DNA from: Eukaryota sp. TZLM1-RC
Taxonomy: Eukaryota; Protista; Metamonada: BaSk clade
Length of the DNA: 64,000 nt
Direction of reading: 5' to 3'
Assembly: GCA_040285825.1 (NCBI GenBank)
Contig: JAUPSS010000004.1
Span: forward strand, 3,935,784-3,999,783
The translations under genes and the position numbers were made by a program. Under the pieces are notes generated by a model, which was given only the letters and a program-made list of their open reading frames with translations, searched no databases and was not told the origin of the DNA. This document shows positions 25,101-38,677 of this stretch, piece after piece. Position 1 is the stretch's first letter; the number at the start of each line of letters is the position of its first letter.

Positions 25101-28100
25101 AATGACCATAGCACGGACTTTAACACCACAATTGTTATATTAATTGTCCCAAAATGGACTTTAAAGATTTGACCAATGATTGTAATAAACAACCATTGGT
25201 CAATATACGAAACTAGGAACTTCATATGAGCCTCAGTAAATCGTATCAAAAACGATACTCTTACACTTACAGCAATGGTTTTATTAGTTTGCAACATTCA
25301 ATTGTATACTTTTTGATTTTTTACTATTTTTACAATTTAATGTTTAAAAATTAATAAACTCAATTAATTCAAATATATACAAAATCAATTGAAAATGTAA
25401 TCATGAGTTTGTACTGATCAAGTAACACATAGCCAACATTACTAACACACAATTTCACACAAAGTTTGATCACAAGTTGATCACATCTAGTACATAAGGA
25501 CTACATGCAACTCATCTAATCACACCAATGACCATTCAACCAATCATACCAATGACTACTCAAATGACCATAGCACGGACTTTAACACCACAATTGTTAT
25601 AATAATTGTCCCAAAATGGACTTTAAAGATTTGACCAATGATTGTAATAAACAACCATTGGTCAATATACGAAACTAGGAACTTCATATGAGCCTCAGTA
25701 AATCGTATCAAAAACGATACTCTTACACTTACAGCAATTGTTTTATTAGTTTACAACATTCAATTGTATACTTTTTGATTTTTTATTTTTTTTTACAATT
25801 TAATGTTTAAAAATAAATAACTCAATTAATTCAAATATATACAAAATCAATTGAAAATGTAATCATGAGTTTGTACTGATCAAGTAACACATAGCCAACA
25901 TTACTCACACACAATTTCACACAAAGTTTGATCACAAGTTGGTCACATCTAGTACATAAGGACTACATGCAACTCATCTAATCATACCAATGACCATTCA
26001 ACCAATCATACCAATGACTAATCAAATGACCATAGCACGGACTTTAACACCACAATTGTTATATTAATTGTCCCAAAATGGACTTTAAAGATTTGACCAA
26101 TGATTGTAATAAACAACCATTGGTCAATATACGAAACTAGGAACTTCATATGAGCCTCAGTAAATCGTATCAAAACGATACTCTTACACTTACAGCAATT
26201 GTTTTATTAGTTTACAACATTCAATTGTATACTTTTGATTTTTTACTTTTTTACAATTTAATGTTTAAAAATTAATACACTCAATTAATTCAAATATATA
26301 CAAAATCATTTGAAAATGTAATCATGAGTTTGTACTGATCAAGTAACACATAGCCAACATTACTAACACACAATTTCACACAAAGTTTGATCACAAGTTG
26401 ATCACATCTAGTACATAAAGACTACATGCAACTCATCTAATCATACCAATGACCATTCAACCAATCATACCAATGACTAATCAAATGACCATAGCACGGA
26501 CTTTAACACCACAATTGTTATATTAATTGTCCCAAAATGGACTTTAAAGATTTGACCAATGATTGTAATAAACAACCATTGGTCAATATACGAAACTAGG
26601 AACTTCATATGAGCCTCAGTAAATCGTATCAAAAACGATACTCTTACACTTACAGCAATTGTTTTATTAGTTTACAACATTCAATTGTATACTTTTTGAT
26701 TTTTTACTTTTTTACAATTTAATGTTTAAAAATTAATACACTCAATTAATTCAAATATATACAAAATCAATTTGAAAATGTAATCATGAGTTTGTACTGA
26801 TCAAGTAACACATAGCCAACATTACTAACACACAATTTCACACAAAGTTTGATCACAAGTTGATCACATCTAGTACATAAGGACTACATGCAACTCATCT
26901 AATCATACCAATGACCATTCAACCAATCATACCAATGACTAATCAAATGACCATAGCACGGACTTTAACACCACAATTGTTATATTAATTGTCCCAAAAT
27001 GGACTTTAAAGATTTGACCAATGATTGTAATAAACAACCATTGGTCAATATACGAAACTAGGAACTTCATATGAGCCTCAGTAAATCGTATCAAAAACGA
27101 TACTCTTACACTTACAGCAATTGTTTTATTAGTTTGCAACATTCAATTGTATACTTTTGATTTTTTACTATTTTTTACAATTTAATGTTTAAAAATTAAT
27201 ACACTCAATTAATTCAAATATATACAAAATCAATTTGAAAATGTAATCATGAGTTTGTACTGATCAAGTAACACATAGCCAACATTACTCACACACAATT
27301 TCACACAAAGTTTGATCACAAGTTGGTCACATCTAGTACATAAGGACTACATGCAACTCATCTAATCATACCAATGACCATTCAACCAATCATACCAATG
27401 ACTAATCAAATGACCATAGCACGGACTTTAACACCACAATTGTTATATTAATTGTCCCAAAATGGACTTTAAAGATTTGACCAATGATTGTAATAAACAA
27501 CCATTGGTCAATATACGAAACTAGGAACTTCATATGAGCCTCAGTAAATCGTATCAAAAACGATACTCTTACACTTACAGCAATGGTTTTATTAGTTTGC
27601 AACATTCAATTGTATACTTTTTGATTTTTTACTATTTTTACAATTTAATGTTTAAAAATTAATAAACTCAATTAATTCAAATATATACAAAATCATTTGA
27701 AAATGTAATCATGAGTTTGTACTGATCAAGTAACACATAGCCAACATTACTCACACACAATTTCACACAAAGTTTGATCACAAGTTGATCACATCTAGTA
27801 CATAAGGACTACATGCAACTCATCTAATCACACCAATGACCATTCAACCAATCATACCAATGACTACTCAAATGACCATAGCACGGACTTTAACACCACA
27901 ATTGTTATATTAATTGTCCCAAAATGGACTTTAAAGATTTGACCAATGATTGTAATAAACAACCATTGGTCAATATACGAAACTAGGAACTTCATATGAG
28001 CCTCAGTAAATCGTATCAAAAACGATACTCTTACACTTACAGCAATTGTTTTATTAGTTTACAACATTCAATTGTATACTTTTTGATTTTTTATTTTGTT

Positions 28101-31100
28101 TACAATTTAATGTTTAAAAATTAATACACTCAATTAATTCAAATATATACAAAATCAATTGAAAATGTAATCATGAGTTTGTACTGATCAAGTAACACAT
28201 AGCCAACATTACTCACACACAATTTCACACAAAGTTTGATCACAAGTTGATCACATCTAGTACATAAGGACTACATGCAACTCATCTAATCATACCAATG
28301 ACCATTCAACCAATCATACCAATGACTAATCAAATGACCATAGCACGGACTTTAACACCACAATTGTTATATTAATTGTCCCAAAATGGACTTTAAAGAT
28401 TTGACCAATGATTGTAATAAACAACCATTGGTCAATATACGAAACTAGGAACTTCATATGAGCCTCAGTAAATCGTATCAAAAACGATACTCTTACACTT
28501 ACAGCAATGGTTTTATTAGTTTGCAACATTCAATTGTATACTTTTTGATTTTTTACTATTTTTTTCAATTTAATGTTTAAAAATTAATAAACTCAATTAA
28601 TTCAAATATATACAAAATCAATTGAAAATGTAATCATGAGTTTGTACTGATCAAGTAACACATAGCCAACATTACTCACACACAATTTCACACAAAGTTT
28701 GATCACAAGTTGATCACATCCAGTACATAAGGACTACATGCAACTCACCTAATCACACCAATGACCATTCAACCAATCATACCAATGACTACTCAAATGA
28801 CCATAGCACGGACTTTAACACCACAATTGTTATATTAATTGTCCCAAAATGGACTTTAAAGATTTGACCAATGATTGTAATAAACAACCATTGGTCAATA
28901 TACGAAACTAGGAACTTCATATGAGCCTCAGTAAATCGTATCAAAAACGATACTCTTACACTTACAGCAATTGTTTTATTAGTTTGCAACATTCAATTGT
29001 ATACTTTTTGATTTTTTACTATTTTTTACAATTTAATGTTTAAAAATTAATAAACTCAATTAATTCAAATATATACAAAATCAATTGAAAATGTAATCAT
29101 GAGTTTGTACTGATCAAGTAACACATAGCCAACATTACTCACACACAATTTCACACAAAGTTTGATCACAAGTTGATCACATCCAGTACATAAGGACTAC
29201 ATGCAACTCACCTAATCACACCAATGACCATTCAACCAATCATACCAATGACTACTCAAATGACCATAGCACGGACTTTAACACCACAATTGTTATATTA
29301 ATTGTCCCAAAATGGACTTTAAAGATTTGACCAATGATTGTAATAAACAACCATTGGTCAATATACGAAACTAGGAACTTCATATGAGCCTCAGTAAATC
29401 GTATCAAAAACGATACTCTTACACTTACAGCAATGGTTTTATTAGTTTGCAACATTCAATTGTATACTTTTTGATTTTTTACTATTTTTACAATTTAATG
29501 TTTAAAAATTAATAAACTCAATTAATTCAAATATATACAAAATCAATTGAAAATGTAATCATGAGTTTGTACTGATCAAGTAACACATAGCCAACATTAC
29601 TCACACACAATTTCACACAAAGTTTGATCACAAGTTGATCACATCCAGTACATAAGGACTACATGCAACTCACCTAATCACACCAATGACCATTCAACCA
29701 ATCATACCAATGACTACTCAAATGACCATAGCACGGACGTTAACACCACAATTGTTATATTAATTGTCCCAAAATGGACTTTAAAGATTTGACCAATGAT
29801 TGTAATAAACAACCATTGGTCAATATACGAAACTAGGAACTTCATATGAGCCTCAGTAAATCGTATCAAAAACGATACTCTTACACTTACAGCAATGGTT
29901 TTATTAGTTTGCAACATTCAATTGTATACTTTTGATTTTTTACTATTTTTACAATTTAATGTTTAAAAATTAATAAACTCAATTAATTCAAATACAAAAT
30001 CAATTGAAAATGTAATCATGAGTTTGTACTGATCAAGTAACACATAGCCAACATTACTCACACACAATTTCACGCAAAGTTTGATCACAAGTTGATCACA
30101 TCCAGTACATAAGGACTACATGCAACTCACCTAATCACACCAATGACCATTCAACCAATCATACCAATGACTACTCAAATGACCATAGCACGGACTTTAA
30201 CACCACAATTGTTATATTAATTGTCCCAAAATGGACTTTAAAGATTTGACCAATGATTGTAATAAACAACCATTGGTCAATATACGAAACTAGGAACTTC
30301 ATATGAGCCTCAGTAAATCGTATCAAAAACGATACTCTTACACTTACAGCAATGGTTTTATTAGTTTGCAACATTCAATTGTATACTTTTTGATTTTTTA
30401 CTATTTTTACAATTTAATGTTTAAAAATTAATAAACTCAATTAATTCAAATACAAAATCAATTGAAAATGTAATCATGAGTTTGTACTGATCAAGTAACA
30501 CATAGCCAACATTACTCACACACAATTTCACGCAAAGTTTGATCACAAGTTGATCACATCCAGTACATAAGGACTACATGCAACTCACCTAATCACACCA
30601 ATGACCATTCAACCAATCATACCAATGACTAATCAAATGACCATAGCACGGACTTTAACACCACAATTGTTATAATAATTGTCCCAAAATGGACTTTAAA
30701 GATTTGACCAATGATTGTAATAAACAACCATTGGTCAATATACGAAACTAGGAACTTCATATGAGCCTCAGTAAATCGTATCAAAAACGATACTCTTACA
30801 CTTACAGCAATGGTTTTATTAGTTTGCAACATTCAATTGTATACTTTTTGATTTTTTACTATTTTTACAATTTAATGTTTAAAAATTAATAAACTCAATT
30901 AATTCAAATACAAAATCAATTGAAAATGTAATCATGAGTTTGTACTGATCAAGTAACACATAGCCAACATTACTCACACACAATTTCACGCAAAGTTTGA
31001 TCACAAGTTGATCACATCCAGTACATAAGGACTACATGCAACTCACCTAATCACACCAATGACCATTCAACCAATCATACCAATGACTAATCAAATGACC

Positions 31101-33350
31101 ATAGCACGGACTTTAACACCACAATTGTTATATTAATTGTCCCAAAATGGACTTTAAAGATTTGACCAATGATTGTAATAAACAACCATTGGTCAATATA
31201 CGAAACTAGGAACTTCATATGAGCCTCAGTAAATCGTATCAAAAACGATACTCTTACACTTACAGCAATGGTTTTATTAGTTTGCAACATTCAATTGTAT
31301 ACTTTTGATTTTTTACTATTTTTACAATTTAATGTTTAAAAATTAATAAACTCAATTAATTCAAATACAAAATCAATTGAAAATGTAATCATGAGTTTGT
31401 ACTGATCAAGTAACACATAGCCAACATTACTCACACACAATTTCACGCAAAGTTTGATCACAAGTTGATCACATCCAGTACATAAGGACTACATGCAACT
31501 CACCTAATCACACCAATGACCATTCAACCAATCATACCAATGACTACTCAAATGACCATAGCACGGACGTTAACACCACAATTGTTATATTAATTGTCCC
31601 AAAATGGACTTTAAAGATTTGACCAATGATTGTAATAAACAACCATTGGTCAATATACGAAACTAGGAACTTCATATGAGCCTCAGTAAATCGTATCAAA
31701 AACGATACTCTTACACTTACAGCAATGGTTTTATTAGTTTGCAACATTCAATTGTATACTTTTTGATTTTTTACTATTTTTACAATTTAATGTTTAAAAA
31801 TTAATAAACTCAATTAATTCAAATACAAAATCAATTGAAAATGTAATCATGAGTTTGTACTGATCAAGTAACACATAGCCAACATTACTCACACACAATT
31901 TCACGCAAAGTTTGATCACAAGTTGATCACATCCAGTACATAAGGACTACATGCAACTCACCTAATCACACCAATGACCATTCAACCAATCATACCAATG
32001 ACTACTCAAATGACCATAGCACGGACGTTAACACCACAATTGTTATATTAATTGTCCCAAAATGGACTTTAAAGATTTGACCAATGATTGTAATAAACAA
32101 CCATTGGTCAATATACGAAACTAGGAACTTCATATGAGCCTCAGTAAATCGTATCAAAAACGATACTCTTACACTTACAGCAATGGTTTTATTAGTTTGC
32201 AACATTCAATTGTATACTTTTTGATTTTTTACTATTTTTACAATTTAATGTTTAAAAATTAATAAACTCAATTAATTCAAATACAAAATCAATTGAAAAT
32301 GTAATCATGAGTTTGTACTGATCAAGTAACACATAGCCAACATTACTCACACACAATTTCACGCAAAGTTTGATCACAAGTTGATCACATCCAGTACATA
32401 AGGACTACATGCAACTCACCTAATCACACCAATGACCATTCAACCAATCATACCAATGACTACTCAAATGACCATAGCACGGACTTTAACACCACAATTG
32501 TTATATTAATTGTCCCAAAATGGACTTTAAAGATTTGACCAATGATTGTAATAAACAACCATTGGTCAATATACGAAACTAGGAACTTCATATGAGCCTC
32601 AGTAAATCGTATCAAAACGATACTCTTACACTTACAGCAATGGTTTTATTAGTTTGCAACATTCAATTGTATACTTTTGATTTTTTACTATTTTTACAAT
32701 TTAATGTTTAAAAATTAATAAACTCAATTAATTCAAATATATACAAAATCAATTGAAAATGTAATCATGAGTTTGTACTGATCAAGTAACACATAGCCAA
32801 CATTACTCACACACAATTTCACGCAAAGTTTGATCACAAGTTGATCACATCCAGTACATAAGGACTACATGCAACTCACCTAATCACACCAATGACCATT
32901 CAACCAATCATACCAATGACTACTCAAATGACCATAGCACGGACTTTAACACCACAATTGTTATATTAATTGTCCCAAAATGGACTTTAAAGATTTGACC
33001 AATGATTGTAATAAACAACCATTGGTCAATATACGAAACTAGGAACTTCATATGAGTCTCAGTAAATCGTATCAAAAACGATACTCTTACACTTACAGCA
33101 ATTGTTTTATTAGTTTGCAACATTCAATTGTATACTTTTTGATTTTTTACTATTTTTACAATTTAATGTTTAAAAATTAATAAACTCAATTAATTCAAAT
33201 ATATACAAAATCAATTGAAAATGTAATCATGAGTTTGTACTGATCAAGTAACACATAGCCAACATTACTCACACACAATTTCACGCAAAGTTTGATCACA
33301 AGTTGATCACATCCAGTACATAAGGACTACATGCAACTCACCTAATCACA

Positions 33351-33573
33351 TCATGGGGGTTGGTACAAGAAAACTAAAGAAACATTTAAACGTTTTGGTT
33401 GGATTGAGCTTTGTAGTGAAATTAGTTGTATAATTCAGAAAAATAGTTTTAGATGTAATCAAACATTTAATTCTATTCTTCAAAGAATTCATGAAGCTCG
33501 TAGGTTTTGGTAGTTTATGTTTTTTTATTTACTTTATAATCTTTCGTTCTTTTCTTTTAGAAATTCAATAAAG
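33351..33573 (+). mobile_element. ~223 bp 3' fragment of another RLE-type retrotransposon (family D) inside a satellite unit
   Basis: TSD ACCTAATCACA (33340-33350, 33574-33584). Open frame 33352-33513 reads HGGWYKKTKETFKRFGWIELCSEISCIIQKNSF...FW*, resembling RLE C-termini. T-rich UTR ending AAATTCAATAAAG. Confidence 0.7.
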
Positions 33574-34971
33574 ACCTAATCACACCAATGACCATTCAAC
33601 CAATCATACCAATGACTACTCAAATGACCATAGCACGGACTTTAACACCACAATTGTTATATTAATTGTCCCAAAATGGACTTTAAAGATTTGACCAATG
33701 ATTGTAACAAACAACCATTGGTCAATATACGAAACTAGGAACTTCATATGAGCCTCAGTAAATCGTATCAAAAACGATACTCTTACACTTACAGCAATGG
33801 TTTTATTAGTTTGCAACAATCAATTGTATACTTTTTGATTTTTTTACTATTTTTACAATTTAATGTTTAAAAATAAATAACTCAATTAATTCAAATATAT
33901 ACAAAATCAATTGAAAATGTAATCATGAGTTTGTACTGATCAAGTAACACATAGCCAACATTACTCACACACAATTTCACACAAAGTTTGATCACAAGTT
34001 GATCACATCTAGTGCATAAGGACTACATGCAACTCATCTAATCATACCAATGACCATTCAACCAATCATACCAATGACTAATCAAATGACCATAGCACGG
34101 ACTTTAACACCACAATTGTTATAATAATTGTCCCAAAATGGACTTTAAAGATTTGACCAATGATTGTAATAAACAACCATTGGTCAATATACGAAACTAG
34201 GAACTTCATATGAGCCTCAGTAAATCGTATCAAAAACGATACTCTTACACTTACAGCAATGGTTTTATTAGTTTGCAACAATCAATTGTATACTTTTGAT
34301 TTTTTACTATTTTTTTACAATTTAATGTTTAAAAATAAATAACTCAATTAATTCAAATATATACAAAATCAATTGAAAATGTAATCATGAGTTTGTACTG
34401 ATCAAGTAACACATAGCCAACATTACTCACACACAATTTCGCACAAAGTTTGATCACAAGTTGGTCACATCCAGTACATAAAGACTACATGCAACTCACC
34501 TAATCACACCAATGATCATTCAACCAATCATACCAATGACTACTCAAATGACCATAGCACGGACTTTAACACCACAATTGTTATATTAATTGTCCCAAAA
34601 TGTACTTTAAAGATTTGACCAATGATTGTAATAAACAACCATTGGTCAATATACGAAACTAGGAACTTCATATGAGTCTCAGTAAATCGTATCAAAAACG
34701 ATACTCTTACACTTACAGCAATGGTTTTATTAGTTTGCAACATTCAATTGTATACTTTTTGATTTTTTTACTATTTTTACAATTTAATGTTTAAAAATTA
34801 ATAAACTCAATTAATTCAAATATATACAAAATCAATTGAAAATGTAATCATGAGTTTGTACTGATCAAGTAACACATAGCCAACATTACTCACACACAAT
34901 TTCACGCAAAGTTTGATCACAAGTTGATCACATCCAGTACATAAGGACTACATGCAACTCACCTAATCACA

Positions 34972-35198
34972 TCATGGGGGTTGGTACAAGAAAACTAAAG
35001 AAACATTTAAACGTTTTGGTTGGATTGAGCTTTGTAGTGAAATTAGTTGTATAATTCAGAAAAATAGTTTTAGATGTAATCAAACATTTAATTCTATTCT
35101 TCAAAGAATTCATGAAGCTCGTAGGTTTTGGTAGTTTATGTTTTTTTTTATTTACTTTTATAATCTTTTCGTTCTTTTCTTTTAGAAATTCAATAAAG
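34972..35198 (+). mobile_element. Family D fragment, copy 2
   Basis: Same insert, site and TSD as 33351-33573. Confidence 0.7.
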
Positions 35199-36131
35199 AC
35201 CTAATCACACCAATGACCATTCAACCAATCATACCAATGACTACTCAAATGACCATAGCACGGACTTTAACACCACAATTGTTATATTAATTGTCCCAAA
35301 ATGGACTTTAAAGATTTGACCAATGATTGTAACAAACAACCATTGGTCAATATACGAAACTAGGAACTTCATATGAGCCTCAGTAAATCGTATCAAAACG
35401 ATACTCTTACACTTACAGCAATGGTTATATTAGTTTGCAACATTCAATTGTATACTTTTGATTTTTTACTATTTTTACAATTTAATGTTTAAAAATTAAT
35501 AAACTCAATTAATTCAAATATATACAAAATCAATTGAAAATGTAATCATGAGTTTGTACTGATCAAGTAACACATAGCCAACATTACTCACACACAATTT
35601 CACACAAACTTTGATCACAAGTTGATCACATCCAGTACATAAGGACTACATGCAACTCACCTAATCACACCAATGACCATTCAACCAATCATACCAATGA
35701 CTACTCAAATGACCATAGCACGGACGTTAACACCACAATTGTTATATTAATTGTCCCAAAATGGACTTTAAAGATTTGACCAATGATTGTAATAAACAAC
35801 CATTGGTCAATATACGAAACTAGGAACTTCATATGAGCCTCAGTAAATCGTATCAAAAACGATACTCTTACACTTACAGCAATTGTTTTATTAGTTTACA
35901 ACATTCAATTGTATACTTTTTGATTTTTTATTTTTTTTTACAATTTAATGTTTAAAAATAAATAACTCAATTAATTCAAATATATACAAAATCAATTGAA
36001 AATGTAATCATGAGTTTGCACTGATCAAGTAACACATAGCCAACATTACTCACACACAATTTCACACAAAGTTTGATCACAAGTTGGTCACATCTAGTGC
36101 ATAAGGACTACATGCAACTCACCTAATCACA

Positions 36132-36358
36132 TCATGGGGGTTGGTACAAGAAAACTAAAGAAACATTTAAACGTTTTGGTTGGATTGAGCTTTGTAGTGA
36201 AATTAGTTGTATAATTCAGAAAAATAGTTTTAGATGTAATCAAACATTTAATTCTATTCTTCAAAGAATTCATGAAGCTCGTAGGTTTTGGTAGTTTATG
36301 TTTTTTTTATTTACTTTTATAGTTTTTTCGTTCTTTTTCTTTTAGAAATTCAATAAAG
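36132..36358 (+). mobile_element. Family D fragment, copy 3
   Basis: Same insert; the right TSD copy has one substitution (accaaatcaca). Confidence 0.7.
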
Positions 36359-37754
36359 ACCAAATCACACCAATGACCATTCAACCAATCAAACCAATGA
36401 CTACTCAAATGACCATAGCACGGACTTTAACACCACAATTGTTATATTAATTGTCCCAAAATGGACTTTAAAGATTTGACCAATGATTGTAACAAACAAC
36501 CATTGGTCAATATACGAAACTAGGAACTTCATATGAGCCTCAGTAAATCGTATCAAAAACGATACTCTTACACTTACAGCAATGGTTATATTAGTTTGCA
36601 ACATTCAATTGTATACTTTTTGATTTTTTACTATTTTTACAATTTAATGTTTAAAAATTAATAAACTCAATTAATTCAAATATATACAAAATCAATTGAA
36701 AATGTAATCATGAGTTTGTACTGATCAAGTAACACATAGCCAACATTACTCACACACAATTTCACACAAACTTTGATCACAAGTTGATCACATCCAGTAC
36801 ATAAGGACTACATGCAACTCACCTAATCACACCAATGACCATTCAACCAATCATACCAATGACTACTCAAATGACCATAGCACGGACGTTAACACCACAA
36901 TTGTTATATTAATTGTCCCAAAATGGACTTTAAAGATTTGACCAATGATTGTAATAAACAACCATTGGTCAATATACGAAACTAGGAACTTCATATGAGC
37001 CTCAGTAAATCGTATCAAAAACGATACTCTTACACTTACAGCAATTGTTTTATTAGTTTACAACATTCAATTGTATACTTTTTGATTTTTTACTTTTTTT
37101 ACAATTTAATGTTTAAAAATAAATAACTCAATTAATTCAAATATATACAAAATCAATTGAAAATGTAATCATGAGTTTGCACTGATCAAGTAACACATAG
37201 CCAACATTACTCACACACAATTTCACACAAAGTTTGATCACAAGTTGGTCACATCTAGTGCATAAGGACTACATGCAACTCATCTAATCATACCAATGAC
37301 CATTCAACCAATCATACCAATGACTAATCAAATGACCATAGCACGGACTTTAACACCACAATTGTTATAATAATTGTCCCAAAATGGACTTTAAAGATTT
37401 GACCAATGATTGTAATAAACAACCATTGGTCAATATACGGAACTAGGAACTTCATATGAGCCTCAGTAAATCGTATCAAAAACGATACTCTTACACTTAC
37501 AGCAATGGTTTTATTAGTTTGCAACAATCAATTGTATACTTTTTGATTTTTTTACTATTTTTACAATTTAATGTTTAAAAATAAATAACTCAATTAATTC
37601 AAATATATACAAAATCAATTGAAAATGTAATCATGAGTTTGTACTGATCAAGTAACACATAGCCAACATTACTCACACACAATTTCACGCAAAGTTTGAT
37701 CACAAGTTGATCACATCCAGTACATAAGGACTACATGCAACTCACCTAATCACA

Positions 37755-37980
37755 TCATGGGGGTTGGTACAAAAAAACTAAAGAAACATTTAAACGTTTT
37801 GGTTGGATTGAGCTTTGTAGTGAAATTAGTTGTATAATTCAGAAAAATAGTTTTAGATGTAATCAAACATTTAATTCTATTCTTCAAAGAATTCATGAAG
37901 CTCGTAGGTTTTGGTAGTTTATGTTTTTTTATTTACTTTTATAATCTTTTCGTTCTTTTTCTTTTAGAAATTCAATAAAG
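37755..37980 (+). mobile_element. Family D fragment, copy 4
   Basis: Same insert and TSD. Confidence 0.7.
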
Positions 37981-38449
37981 ACCTAATCACACCAATGACC
38001 ATTCAACCAATCATACCAATGACTACTCAAATGACCATAGCACGGACTTTAACACCACAATTGTTATATTAATTGTCCCAAAATGGACTTTAAAGATTTG
38101 ACCAATGATTGTAATAAACAACCATTGGTCAATATACGAAACTAGGAACTTCATATGAGCCTCAGTAAATCGTATCAAAAACGATACTCTTACACTTACA
38201 GCAATGGTTTTATAAGTTTGCAACATTCAATTGTATACTTTTTGATTTTTTACTATTTTTACAATTTAATGTTTAAAAATTAATAAACTCAATTAATTCA
38301 AATACAAAATCAATTGAAAATGTAATCATGAGTTTGTACTGATCAAGTAACACATAGCCAACATTACTCACACACAATTTCACGCAAAGTTTGATCACAA
38401 GTTGATCACATCCAGTACATAAGGACTACATGCAACTCACCTAATCACA

Positions 38450-38677
38450 TCATGGGGGTTGGTACAAGAAAACTAAAGAAACATTTAAACGTTTTGGTTG
38501 GATTGAGCTTTGTAGTGAAATTAGTTGTATAATTCAGAAAAATAGTTTTAGATGTAATCAAACATTTAATTCTATTCTTCAAAGAATTCATGAAGCTCGT
38601 AGGTTTTGGTAGTTTATGTTTTTTTTTATTTACTTTTATAATCTTTTCGTTCTTTTTCTTTTAGAAATTCAATAAAG
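38450..38677 (+). mobile_element. Family D fragment, copy 5
   Basis: Same insert and TSD. Confidence 0.7.
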
